Assembly: GCA_965243285.1 (NCBI GenBank) | Contig: OZ251537.1 | Location: 570,387-634,386, forward strand | DNA: 64,000 nt | Direction of reading: 5' to 3' | Origin: Candidatus Poriferihabitaceae bacterium | Lineage (GTDB): Bacteria > Pseudomonadota > Gammaproteobacteria > Arenicellales > Poriferihabitantaceae | Shown: positions 1 to 9,283 of the stretch, piece after piece | Numbering within the stretch: the first letter of the stretch is position 1 | How the letters are laid out: each line of letters begins with the position of its first letter | Translations under genes and position numbers: made by a program | The notes under the pieces: generated by a model | Database searches by the model: none | What the model was told of the DNA's origin: nothing | Seen by the model: only the letters and a program-made list of their open reading frames with translations

Positions 1-1
1 C

Positions 2-445
2 GGTTTCATCCACATCATCGGCCGCTTGAAGGAAATCATCGTCACCGCCACCGGCGAGAAGGTGCCGCCGGCGGATATGGAAGCGGCGATATGCGCGCAT
101 CCGTTGTTCGACCAAGCCATGGTGGTCGGCGAAGGGCGGCCGTATTTGGCCGCGTTAATCGTGCTAAACCCGTTCAGCTGGCCGCGCTACGCCGAAAAAA
201 TCGGCTTAGACCCGCATGACGCCGCGGTCCTATCGAGGGCCGAATTGAGGCCATATATACTCGATATAATCGCCACCCAGCTGCGGGATTTTCCTGGCTA
301 TGCGGCAGTGCGGCGGGTGTGTTTGCTCACCGAGCCGTGGAGCGTGGCCTGCGGCGCCATGACGCCGACCTTAAAACTCAAGCGCCCGGCGCTGCGCCGG
401 CGTTTCGAGGCGCAGCTCCGGGCGCTGTACGCCCAACCTCGATGA
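2..445 (+). CDS. AMP-dependent acyl-CoA synthetase/ligase, C-terminal fragment (5' end outside window)
   Basis: Frame is open from the window edge (GFIHIIGRLKEIIVTATGEKVPPADME...). GRLKEII..TGEKV and the ...MTPTLKLKR tail are typical of the C-terminal subdomain of FadD-like ligases. Confidence 0.7.
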   Translation, partial: GFIHIIGRLKEIIVTATGEKVPPADMEAAICAHPLFDQAMVVGEGRPYLAALIVLNPFSWPRYAEKIGLDPHDAAVLSRAELRPYILDIIATQLRDFPGYAAVRRVCLLTEPWSVACGAMTPTLKLKRPALRRRFEAQLRALYAQPR

Positions 446-474
446 CCACCTTAGGCAATAGATTTACGCGATAA

Positions 475-1320
475 ATGTATTCGACCGAGAATCTATCGCC
501 CATGTTTTATCAACCCCAACCCTCGAGTAAACACAACATGTTAAAGACCGGAATTTATGTGGATGCGGAAAACATACGAATGGGCGGCGGCTATCGTATG
601 CGCTACGATGTGCTGTCGGCGCTGGCCAACACCGCCCAATCTTCGTTGTTGCGCGCCAATTGTTATCTGGCGGAAGACAAAGATCGCATCGACAAAGACT
701 ATGACTACCAGCAGCGGGTGTACACCTATCACAGCCAATTGCGCCGCTCTGGTTTCAAGCTCATTAAAAAACGCGTGCGCCGCTCCACCGATGAAGAAGG
801 CAATGTAACCACCAAGGCGAATGCGGATATGGACCTCGCCGTCGATGCCCTGTTGCAAGCCAGCAACCTCGACCGCATCATTTTGCTAACCGGCGATTCG
901 GATTTCGTGCGCCTGGTTATCGCCCTGCAAAACATGGGTTGCCGGGTAGAAGTCATCGGCTTCAACAATGTCAGTAAGAAATTGAAAGAGACCGCGGATT
1001 CCTTCCAATCCGGCTTTATGATTCCCGGTTTGCTGCCCATCGATGTACCGGCCGAAGAACGCGACCAGTGGCAACGCGGCCGAGTGAACCGCTGGGAGGC
1101 CGACAAGGGCTGGGGATTTTTCAGCTATTACAAAATAGTCGACAATCAAATGGTCGAGGACACGGTGTTTTTTCATGTCTCCAAGTCCACCTTAGAATCC
1201 GATCATTACTTCAAGAGCGAAGACCGGGTGTTTGAATTTTTCATCTACGAAGACAAAAAACCAGTCGTCGCCGGGCGTAGGTTTCAAGCCTGCGACATTC
1301 GCCTGCCCAGGTTCAGCTAA
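475..1320 (+). CDS. NYN/LabA-like (PIN-fold) domain protein with C-terminal cold-shock-like domain
   Basis: 281-aa ORF. GIYVDAENI...NADMDLAVD...ILLTGDSDF...VEVIGF fits the NYN acidic-residue pattern. The C-terminal GRVNRWEADKGWGFF...VFFHVS resembles a CSD OB fold. Confidence 0.65.
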   Translation: MYSTENLSPMFYQPQPSSKHNMLKTGIYVDAENIRMGGGYRMRYDVLSALANTAQSSLLRANCYLAEDKDRIDKDYDYQQRVYTYHSQLRRSGFKLIKKRVRRSTDEEGNVTTKANADMDLAVDALLQASNLDRIILLTGDSDFVRLVIALQNMGCRVEVIGFNNVSKKLKETADSFQSGFMIPGLLPIDVPAEERDQWQRGRVNRWEADKGWGFFSYYKIVDNQMVEDTVFFHVSKSTLESDHYFKSEDRVFEFFIYEDKKPVVAGRRFQACDIRLPRFS

Positions 1321-1362
1321 ATCGCCGCGCCGCGGCGGTCAAGCGGCCTAAGTTAAAGCCCG

Positions 1363-2064
1363 ATGGCCACCCTCGCCTTCGATGTATACGGCACTTTAAT
1401 CGACACCGCCGGCGTGCTCGACGCGGTGGAAGAGGTGCTCGGCGATGCGCCCGCGGCGCGCGCTTTCTGCGACGAGTGGCGTCGCAAGCAGCTCGAATAC
1501 ACCTTCCGCTACGGCCTCATGGGGCATTATCAAAACTTCCGCGTGTGCACCCGCCAAGCGCTGGATTATTGTTGCGCCGCGTTGCGCGCCAAGGTGTCGG
1601 TCGCGATGCGCGAACACCTCATGGGGCAATATTTATGCCTGCCGGCGTTCGCCGATGTGCCGGCCGGCTTGGCGCGCCTCAAGACGGACGGGTTTGCCAT
1701 GCACGCGCTATCCAACGGCCTGCCCGGTGATTTGGAAAAACTGCTAACCGGGGCCGGCATCCGCGATTACTTCGCCACCGTGGTCAGCGTCGATGAGGTG
1801 GCAACCTTCAAGCCGGCGCCAGCGGTGTATGCCCACTTCCTCAAGCGCACCAGCGCCACCGCCGCATCCAGCTGGCTGATTTCCAGCAATCCCTTCGACA
1901 TCTGCGGGGCGCGCGCCGCCGGCCTGCGCGCGGTGTGGATGCGTCGCCGCCAGGCGGAGGTGTTCGACCCATGGGAGTTCAGCGCGGATTTCGAGGCCGC
2001 CACTTGCGGCGAACTGGCGCAGCGCCTGCCCGGCCATCTGCGCGGCGATTCGGCTATGGCATAA
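1363..2064 (+). CDS. HAD-superfamily hydrolase, type II haloacid dehalogenase-like
   Basis: N-terminal FDVYGTLID nucleophile motif, followed by ALSNG, FKPAP and SSNPFD motifs in HAD order. Confidence 0.7.
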   Translation: MATLAFDVYGTLIDTAGVLDAVEEVLGDAPAARAFCDEWRRKQLEYTFRYGLMGHYQNFRVCTRQALDYCCAALRAKVSVAMREHLMGQYLCLPAFADVPAGLARLKTDGFAMHALSNGLPGDLEKLLTGAGIRDYFATVVSVDEVATFKPAPAVYAHFLKRTSATAASSWLISSNPFDICGARAAGLRAVWMRRRQAEVFDPWEFSADFEAATCGELAQRLPGHLRGDSAMA

Positions 2065-2132
2065 TCGCGGGCGCGACTTCCCTTATCCGGCGGCTGATTC
2101 GCCGCCCCCATCAAACCTTTTAGGAGATACCC

Positions 2133-2459
2133 ATGAATTTCTTTATTTCAGACGCTTGGGCGCAAAGCGAAGGCCTTTTCGGCGGCGGCCTAATCGGGTT
2201 ATTACCCATGGTGTTGATTTTCGTCATCTTCTATCTGCTGCTCATCCGCCCGCAGCAAAAACGCGCCAAACAACACAAACAAATGGTCGCCGAACTCGCC
2301 AAGGGCGATGAGATCGTCACCAACGGCGGCGCCTTAGGCAAAATCACCGCCGTAGACGACAATTTCGTCACCGTGGAAATCGCCGAGAGCGTGAAAATCA
2401 AAGTCCAACGCAGCGCCGTTGCCCAACTGATGCCCAAGGGGACGATTAAGTCGAAGTAA
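2133..2459 (+). CDS. yajC: preprotein translocase subunit YajC
   Basis: 108 aa. Single TM followed by IRPQQKRAKQHKQM and KGDEIVTNGGALGKI..., the canonical YajC layout. Confidence 0.9.
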   Translation: MNFFISDAWAQSEGLFGGGLIGLLPMVLIFVIFYLLLIRPQQKRAKQHKQMVAELAKGDEIVTNGGALGKITAVDDNFVTVEIAESVKIKVQRSAVAQLMPKGTIKSK

Positions 2460-2483
2460 GCGGCCGCTCGGCCGCATTATTTT
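2460..2483 (+). terminator. candidate rho-independent terminator after yajC
   Basis: GCGGCC-GCTC-GGCCGC hairpin followed by ATTATTTT. Confidence 0.45.
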
Positions 2484-2537
2484 GGGCAAGCCAGACGCTA
2501 CCCGCCCGCTGTTGCAGCACTAACGCCCCCATCCCGC

Positions 2538-3680
2538 ATGCTGATTATTTCCAGGCTGAGGCTGCAAAATTGGCGCAACTTCGAGGAAGTCGATATACGC
2601 CTGCGCGAGCGGGTGTTCATCGTCGGCGCCAACGCATCCGGTAAATCCAACCTACTGGACGCGATACGCTTTCTGCGAGATCTAGCCCGGAACGGCGGCG
2701 GGTTGATTCCCGCCACCCGAAGTCGCGGCGGCCTCAGCAAGGTGCGCTGTTTGGCGGCGCGGCGGAAACCCCATGTCATGTTAGAGGTCGAAATAAGCGA
2801 GAGCGCATCGGCCACCGATGAATGGGTGGAAAAATGGACTTACCACCTTGCGTTTAATCAAACCGGCGGCGGCATTCGCCAAACCAAACCGATTATCCAA
2901 GCGGAGCGCATCACCGCCGCTGGCGATGAGCTGCTTAACACCACGCCCGGCCAATCGCACACCAGCATCGAACAACCAGGCATGTTGAAAAATGGACTGC
3001 TCGAATTACGAGAATTTTTGAGCAGCATCACCTACCAGCATCTGGTGCCGCAGTTGTTGCGTTATCCACACCTTTTTTTGGACGCCAATCAGGGCGAAGA
3101 TCATTTTGGCCGCGCCTTCCTCGAAAGCATCAATCGCATCAACAAAAACACGCGCGCCTCGCATTTAAAAAAAATCCAGGAAGTGCTCGGCAAGTTCATC
3201 CCGATGTTAGACGAGCTAACATTAGGAAAAGATACGCAAGGACAGCCGCACCTGCAGACTCGCTACCGCCACTGGCGGTCGCGAGGCGACTTTCAACATG
3301 AAGATCAATTTTCCGACGGCACCTTGCGCTTGATAGGTTTCATGTGGTCTATCTTAGACGGCAGCCACCCGCTATTGTTGGAGGAGCCGGAATTATCGTT
3401 GCACCCAGCCCTGGTGCGCGCCCTGCCCGAAGCGATAGCAAAACTCCAAAAACGCCAGGATGGCAAGCGGCAAGTTATCCTCACTACGCACAGCCCCGAC
3501 ATGCTCAGCAATCGCGGCATCGCCCTGGAGGAAATCGTATTGCTAAAGACCGGCGAGAGCACCCAAGCAAAGCTAGCCAGTAATGTGAAAGAAGCGCGGG
3601 ATTTGCTGGAAGTCGACGCCACCCCAGCGGAGATAGTGGAGCAACAATTAGATGCTCCACAAAGTTCATCGATCTTTTAA
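2538..3680 (+). CDS. ABC/AAA-type ATPase (RecF/OLD-like, AAA_15/21-like)
   Basis: Walker A GANASGKSN; signature-like FSDGTLRLIG; Walker B LLLEEPELSLHP; H-loop TTHSP. N-terminus MLIISRLRLQNWRNF is typical of SMC/OLD-type ATPases. Confidence 0.75.
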   Translation: MLIISRLRLQNWRNFEEVDIRLRERVFIVGANASGKSNLLDAIRFLRDLARNGGGLIPATRSRGGLSKVRCLAARRKPHVMLEVEISESASATDEWVEKWTYHLAFNQTGGGIRQTKPIIQAERITAAGDELLNTTPGQSHTSIEQPGMLKNGLLELREFLSSITYQHLVPQLLRYPHLFLDANQGEDHFGRAFLESINRINKNTRASHLKKIQEVLGKFIPMLDELTLGKDTQGQPHLQTRYRHWRSRGDFQHEDQFSDGTLRLIGFMWSILDGSHPLLLEEPELSLHPALVRALPEAIAKLQKRQDGKRQVILTTHSPDMLSNRGIALEEIVLLKTGESTQAKLASNVKEARDLLEVDATPAEIVEQQLDAPQSSSIF

Positions 3681-3714
3681 ATAACTTGTTTTAGAATTTT
3701 TTTATAGCTAGCGG

Positions 3715-4314
3715 ATGATGTACTTATGCTTCGTGGAGGATGAATTGCATGAAGCATTAGTGTTGCGGGTATGTGACTATTTAAATCGTCAAGCGCCGAA
3801 AATTTTTATTAAAAAAGGCAAGACCAAACTCATCGACAAAACCCAGGTTCGCAAATTAAATCGCGATAACAACAACCAGCAGTTTTTTATGGTGGTGGAT
3901 CTTGATAATGACTCAGCCTGCGCAGCGGCGGAAAAACGCCGCCTATTAAATGGCGACACGCCATCCCCGGCGCTAAAAATCATCATCGCAGTGCGCGCCG
4001 CCGAAGCATGGCTGTTAGCCGACCGCCATGAATTGGCGACCTATCTCGGCGTCGCGCTAAAACATCTGCCGCAACGCCCGGAAGGCGAAACCAAGCCGAA
4101 AGAGACGCTCATCAATATCGCCAGGAAAAGTCGAAATCGGCATATTAAAACGGCCCTCGTGCCGATAACGGACACCGCCAAACAAGGCCCCGAATACAAC
4201 ACCCAAATCGCCGACTATGTGCGCGACCGCTGGAACCTAGAGGCCGCCAAAAACAACGCCGCTAGTTTGATTTATTTGTGCCGAATATTGACGGAAAACC
4301 TGCCAAAATCGTGA
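3715..4314 (+). CDS. DUF4276-like small protein (possible Toprim-like partner of the upstream ATPase)
   Basis: 199 aa, starting 35 bp after the ATPase stop. N-terminal acidic FVEDELHE, central VVDLDND, and AVRAAEAWLLADRHEL recalled as the DUF4276 pattern. Family assignment is from memory and not verified. Confidence 0.5.
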   Translation: MMYLCFVEDELHEALVLRVCDYLNRQAPKIFIKKGKTKLIDKTQVRKLNRDNNNQQFFMVVDLDNDSACAAAEKRRLLNGDTPSPALKIIIAVRAAEAWLLADRHELATYLGVALKHLPQRPEGETKPKETLINIARKSRNRHIKTALVPITDTAKQGPEYNTQIADYVRDRWNLEAAKNNAASLIYLCRILTENLPKS

Positions 4315-4371
4315 AGCAAGCGCGCTCCGCCAACGCCGTCCAGCGGGGAAATCGTTTATTCCTCGTCTATA

Positions 4372-5454
4372 TTACTTATTAGATTTTCGGCGGTTGCATT
4401 CCTTGCACAGCATTTGGCAATTTTCTTCGCTGGTTTTACCGCCTTCTGACCATGGCGTTACATGGTCGCCTTCCATATTATCTATGACGAACTGTTTTTT
4501 GCATTTTGGGCAATTCCCTTGTTGTTTTTCATACACTTTTTGTTTCATAGAATCGGTAAACGCCCGAAGGGACAGATGTTTTTCATCACGGGTTAAAATA
4601 TACGGATAAATGCCGCTAAGTTTTTTTACATCATCATCGGCGATCAATTTAGCGGTTTCTTTTTCTATCGCCTCTGGATCATGTTTTTTATCATGGCATT
4701 GGCGATATAGCGTTCCCCAATCCACCCCCTTCATGGGCTTTCTATAGGTAGTAAAAATCGCCTCCACCCATTCGATAACATCATTAAAATAGCCCCATAA
4801 TTCCAGGGCATTGTCATCGTGCTGGTGTTCGCCCATATAGGATTCTATTTTCCCATCGGACAGCCATTTGATAGCCGTTTCTAAATATTCTTGGCGAGAT
4901 GCGGCGCCTTTCAAATATTTTCCACCATTATCTTGAGCGGGGCAGTTGCTTTTACTAAAATAGGTTTTCGCATGAGTCACCCAAGAGCCTGAATAAACTG
5001 CATTTCTTAATTCTTGGTTTGTGAGTTCTTCGCCCGCTATATTAATCGTCTTAAACCAATTCAGTTTTTCGCTATCGGTTCCGCTACAAAAATAAACCAT
5101 CAATTTGTAGTTGAGAATTCCGACTTTCTCGTCATTTTGCAGGTTATGAAAACTTCTATCTTCAAAAGAAAATTTACGATTGACATACTGGCAAATCGAA
5201 ATAGTTCGCTGCTGTCCATCAATGATTTCATAATCGCCATCCTCCCGAACCGCCCAATACATAACATTGAGCGGGAAATCATTGATGACGGTGTTTATAA
5301 CAGCGTCTCTTTGTTTGCCGGTATAAATAAATTCGCGTTGATAGGGCGGGCGAATATCTAGCTTGCCACCATACCCGACCACGCCATCATCACCGCTGTC
5401 CTTATATCCGGCAACCAAATCTTTAACCGAAATTGCCTTTAGTTTGATTTTCAT
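4372..5454 (-). CDS. DUF262 (ParB-like/GmrSD N-terminal) + C-terminal HNH nuclease
   Basis: DGQQRTISI motif of DUF262. C-terminal CPKC...GDHVTPWSEGGKTSEENCQMLCKECNRRK is an HNH/zinc-ribbon. Start taken at MKIKLKAISV (5454), which overlaps the upstream MTase stop as ATGA. Confidence 0.8.
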   Translation of the reverse strand: MKIKLKAISVKDLVAGYKDSGDDGVVGYGGKLDIRPPYQREFIYTGKQRDAVINTVINDFPLNVMYWAVREDGDYEIIDGQQRTISICQYVNRKFSFEDRSFHNLQNDEKVGILNYKLMVYFCSGTDSEKLNWFKTINIAGEELTNQELRNAVYSGSWVTHAKTYFSKSNCPAQDNGGKYLKGAASRQEYLETAIKWLSDGKIESYMGEHQHDDNALELWGYFNDVIEWVEAIFTTYRKPMKGVDWGTLYRQCHDKKHDPEAIEKETAKLIADDDVKKLSGIYPYILTRDEKHLSLRAFTDSMKQKVYEKQQGNCPKCKKQFVIDNMEGDHVTPWSEGGKTSEENCQMLCKECNRRKSNK

Positions 5455-5711
5455 AGCATTTTGTTTTTGATGATAATGCGCCTGTATTTTGGCTTGCCAT
5501 TTATATCGGGGCCGCGACCTCGCCATTTAGGATATTCCATCCTATGGTCGTCCATCCCCAAGATATCAAATTGCTCGTGGTTGTATTTATCCATAAAACT
5601 AATGGGCACCCCCATAGCCCCTTTATAGTCCTTAGGGATGTATTCTGTTTTATCGACATTGATAGCGTCGTAGTTGTCATATTTTTGGTATTCCTCTCGA
5701 CTATATTTTCT
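5451..5711 (-). pseudogene. C-terminal fragment of an M.EcoRI-family N6-adenine DNA methyltransferase
   Basis: ...YSREEYQKYDNYDAINVDKTEYIPKDYKGAMGVPISFMDKYNHEQFDILG...KYRRIIIKNKML parallels the M.EcoRI C-terminus (SSYPKYDNYDAINVNKTKDIPLDYNGVMGVPITFLHKFNPEQFELI...YFRILIKNKRLQK). The upstream part is replaced by MITE sequence at 5712. Confidence 0.85.
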
Positions 5712-5912
5712 GGGGGGAGTCAAATCAGGCGGCTTTATCGCCTGATTTGGTGGGGGGCTGTTGATGTTGGTCTTTTTGTTTTTGGCTTTTAAATCTTCAA
5801 CTCATTAGCATTAATGAGGGGCAAGGTAAAAAGCAACAGCCAAGTCAAAAGCGAAAAGCCAAAACCAACCCCAACCCCAAACCCACCGTGCAGATTTAGG
5901 TATATAAATCCC
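5712..5912 (-). mobile_element. MITE half-copy (left arm with left TIR), truncated at an internal hairpin
   Basis: In reverse complement it starts GGGATTTATATACCTAAATCTGCACGGTGGG and ends ...CCTGATTTGACTCCCCCC. The outer flank at 5913-5920 is CTTAATTT when read in element orientation. Confidence 0.85.
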
Positions 5913-5948
5913 AAATTAAGCGTGTTATCCAAAATATTGCTACATTGA

Positions 5949-6215
5949 TTAGGGTTTAGCCATTTCTTTTGTGCCAGTAGGAATGGTGGAATTAAAAGAC
6001 GCAATCATATAACTCATGCTATCTTTTAATTTCACCAACTCGCCGTCGCTGAAAACACCGCCACGATTTATTTTAATGGCTAAATCGGGAAACATGCCCT
6101 TGCTCCTACACGACAGTAAACTGGTTTTATACGGGAATTTTTCAAGATTTTTTAAATCGCCAAAGTGCTTTTTTTGGGCGATTAAATCGGCAAAAAAATG
6201 GTAAATGGAATACAT
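5949..6215 (-). pseudogene. degraded ORF downstream of the PF01555-type MTase (possible cognate endonuclease remnant)
   Basis: About 89-aa ORF starting 12 bp after the MTase stop, AT-rich. It terminates about 35 bp before the MITE. Readable continuations exist only in other frames. The function call is inference from gene position. Confidence 0.3.
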
Positions 6216-6227
6216 GGCAATCAACCC

Positions 6228-7120
6228 TCAAGCGCTAAGAATATCCAGCGGCATGGGCGCGCCCCATATTATTTTTAATCCAGGGGTAAACACATAGTCA
6301 TTATAATAATCGCCAACGCAATCTCCGGCGCAGATATCATGCAGACGCGATTTTATGCACGCTACATTTTTTTTATCCAACTCAATGCCAATGTATTTGC
6401 GCCCGAGTTGTTTGGCTACGGTTAATGTAGTGCCTGTGCCGGCGAATGAATCTAACACTATATTATTATACTTAGATGACGATAAAATAATTCTCAACAG
6501 CAACGCAACTGGCGCCTGTTGTTTGTGAAACCGCGCGCCATCGGTTTGGCGAATGGCCTCTTTGCCGGCGAAAAACCCAGAAGTCAACTCTCTTATATCA
6601 TCCCAAACATCGGTCACGAAAATTCCATTTTCGCGTTTGAATTTATAATTCGCTGGCGGTTCTGGGTTTATTCGCAACCGATTAAAAATATTTGCCTTTG
6701 CGCCCTTGGTTGCATACACGATTACTTGATATTGCTTGCCGAATTTGCACGCCACCGGCACCGCTGAAGTTTTCTTTCGCCAAATAATTAAATTTTGGAA
6801 AGTCCAACCGGTTTCGCGCAATATGGTCATCACAAATTCAGCATTTTTTCGCGCTGCATAAAATAAATCGCGCCACCTGCCGTTGTGCAAGCGTAAATAT
6901 GTTGGCAAACATCCCGCATCATCCGCCCGTATTTTTCATCCTCCATTGCATCGTCATGCTTGGCATATTCCTGGCCTTGATTAAAGGGCGGGTCCATAAA
7001 AGTCAAGCCGATTTGATTGGCCGGCAACTGTTGCAGTCGGTCGCGACAATCGCCCAAATAAATCATGTCGGGGCGGAAGGTATCAAGATTTTTTATATTT
7101 TTCACGGGCCGATTTTTCAT
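6228..7120 (-). pseudogene. DNA methyltransferase (N4/N6, PF01555-like) with a frameshift in a homopolymer
   Basis: N-terminal part MKNRPVKN...LTFMDPPFNQG (motif IV) is in one frame (ends 6830). The rest, ...NAEFVMTILRETGW...LDSFAGTGTTLTVA (motif I), is in another. The frames meet at the T6 run 6844-6849. Confidence 0.75.
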
Positions 7121-7294
7121 GGCGGTTGCTGGAGGTATGTCGGCATGGAAAGCGGCCATACTACCATTAAAACCGCCCGAACGCATAAAACAGACATATA
7201 CAATGTATCCGTAATCATGCATGCGAATGGCGGCCGAATAAACCCGCGCAGCGCATCGATAATGATACCATTGCCGGCGATGGCGACTATAAAA

Positions 7295-8380
7295 ATGATC
7301 CGCGAAACCCGCGAGCTGGCCGAATTCATCGCCGCCGCCACGGCCAGCGGGTGGGCCGCGATGGACACCGAATTTTTGCGCGAGCGCACCTATTCGCCGG
7401 AGTTGTGCCTCATCCAAATCGCCCATGCGGACGCGGCGGCGTGTATCGACCCGCAGGCGGTGGAGGATTTATCGCCGCTCGGCGCGTTGTTGGCCAACCC
7501 CGCCGTGGTCAAAATTTTTCATTCTTGTCGGCAAGATCTCGAGGCCTTGGATACGCGCATGCCGTTGTGCGCCGCGGCGGTGTACGACACCCAGTTGGCG
7601 GCGGCGTTTTGCGGCTACGGCAGCCAAGCGAGCTACGCGGCGCTGGTGGCGGCGGTGTGCGCGGTGCATTTGCCGAAAACCCATACCCGCACCGACTGGA
7701 GTCGCCGCCCGCTATCGGCGGCGCAGTTGCAATACGCTATGGACGATGTCAAATATTTAGCGCCGTTGCGCCGCCACCTCGATGAGCTGCTAGCGCAACA
7801 CGGCCGCCAGCAGTGGCATCGCGATGAATGCGTCGCCGCCGCGCACCCAGCCAACTATCGCCCCGCTGCGGACCCATGGCAACGCTTGAAGGGCCTCGGC
7901 CGCCTCGATACCATGGGCCGCGCTTGCGCCCAGCGGCTAACCGGCTGGCGCGAGCAAAAAGCCCGCGACTGCAACCGACCGCGCGGCTGGATTCTGCCCA
8001 CACCGGCGCTGTTGGCAGTCTGCCGCCAGCGTCCGCGCACCATGGCTATGCTGGCGGAGGTCGACGATCTCAGCCCGGGCATCGTCAAAAACTCGGGGCG
8101 AGACATTTTGAACCTAGTCGAGCGCAGCGCCGCCGATGGTGGCGAAATGCGCGATGATTCCAGCACTCGGCCTGAACCGCTGAGCGCGGAACAACGCCAC
8201 CGCGTGAAAAAAATCATGGACTTGCTGGCGCGCCGGGCGGCGGAGACCGACATCAGCCAAGCGTTATTCGCCAACCGCCGCGAGGTCGAAAACTTCGTGC
8301 GCGGTGATTCCGAGCAGCCATTATTCCACGGCTGGCGCGCCCAACTGGCCGGCGATGAAATTCGCGCCGAGTATTCGTAG
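7295..8380 (+). CDS. rnd: ribonuclease D
   Basis: MIRETRELAEFI...AMDTEFLRERTYSPELCLIQIA (ExoI), HSCRQDLEAL and YAMDDVKYL are DEDDy motifs. Start chosen by alignment logic with E. coli Rnd; the longer ORF upstream overlaps the opposite-strand MTase. Confidence 0.85.
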   Translation: MIRETRELAEFIAAATASGWAAMDTEFLRERTYSPELCLIQIAHADAAACIDPQAVEDLSPLGALLANPAVVKIFHSCRQDLEALDTRMPLCAAAVYDTQLAAAFCGYGSQASYAALVAAVCAVHLPKTHTRTDWSRRPLSAAQLQYAMDDVKYLAPLRRHLDELLAQHGRQQWHRDECVAAAHPANYRPAADPWQRLKGLGRLDTMGRACAQRLTGWREQKARDCNRPRGWILPTPALLAVCRQRPRTMAMLAEVDDLSPGIVKNSGRDILNLVERSAADGGEMRDDSSTRPEPLSAEQRHRVKKIMDLLARRAAETDISQALFANRREVENFVRGDSEQPLFHGWRAQLAGDEIRAEYS

Positions 8381-8640
8381 GCCGGTCGATTATCCACACT
8401 AAGCGGCGGCGTTTTGTCAGTGGCGCCCTCCTTAGCTGGTGAAAATCCACCATCCAATCGGCCACTGAACCCTCGCCGCCCGATACAGCCGCCATCGGCG
8501 TCGATACCTCGTTATCGCATTGATTGAAACCGCGTTGTTTACTAAAATCGGCGGCTTATCGACGCTTAGCCATCGGCGGTTAGCGCATCGGCGCTGGCCA
8601 AAAAATCCCATTCGGTTGGTCTTATGTTTGTTTCAATTTA

Positions 8641-9198
8641 ATGTCAGCGCCCAGCGTCATCATCCTATCCGCGCCTTCCGGAGCCGGCAAAACCAGCCTA
8701 ACGCGAAAATTGGTCGCGCGACGGCCGGATGCGGCGGTGGTGGTTTCCCACACTACCCGCCCGCGGCGCGTTGCCGAAAAAGACGGCGTGGATTATTGCT
8801 TTGTCGACAAAGCGCGCTTCGAAGCGATGATCGCCGAGCGCAGTTTCATCGAATACGCCACCGTGTTCGGTCACTATTACGGCACTTCAGCGCAGGCGAT
8901 AGATGCGCTGATTTCCCGCGGCAAGCATGCTATTTTGGATATCGACTGGCAGGGCGCGCGCGCCGTGCGTCGCCAATATCCCCATGCCCAATCGGTGTTT
9001 GTCATGCCGCCTTCTCTTGGGGTGTTGGAACAACGCCTAAAATCCCGCCGCCAAGACGCCGACGAGGTCATCGCCGGACGCATGCGCGCCGCGCTGGACG
9101 AGATGAACCACCGCAACGAGTATGATCATGTCATCATCAATGATCGATTCGAGCGCGCCCTGGAAAATCTTGAAGCCATCCTGCCGGCGAATGGATGA
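8641..9198 (+). CDS. gmk: guanylate kinase
   Basis: P-loop [11 protein letters not shown], plus HTTRPRR and [12 protein letters not shown] motifs. Confidence 0.9.
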   Translation: MSAPSVIILSAPSGAGKTSLTRKLVARRPDAAVVVSHTTRPRRVAEKDGVDYCFVDKARFEAMIAERSFIEYATVFGHYYGTSAQAIDALISRGKHAILDIDWQGARAVRRQYPHAQSVFVMPPSLGVLEQRLKSRRQDADEVIAGRMRAALDEMNHRNEYDHVIINDRFERALENLEAILPANG

Positions 9199-9283
9199 TG
9201 GTGCCGATTTATCGATAATGTTTAGCGATAATATTTATCGATGTTTTTTAATGTTTGATAATTTCAATTCCAGGAGAATCAAC

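Noticed and set aside
6899-7294. N-terminal 132-aa extension of the rnd ORF (ORF starts at 6899)
   Set aside because: The extension overlaps the opposite-strand MTase gene and has no similarity to RNase D. The conserved N-terminus begins at MIRETREL (7295).
8520-9125. 201-aa ORF overlapping gmk in another frame
   Set aside because: Arg-rich shadow frame. The gmk frame has the P-loop and guanylate kinase motifs.
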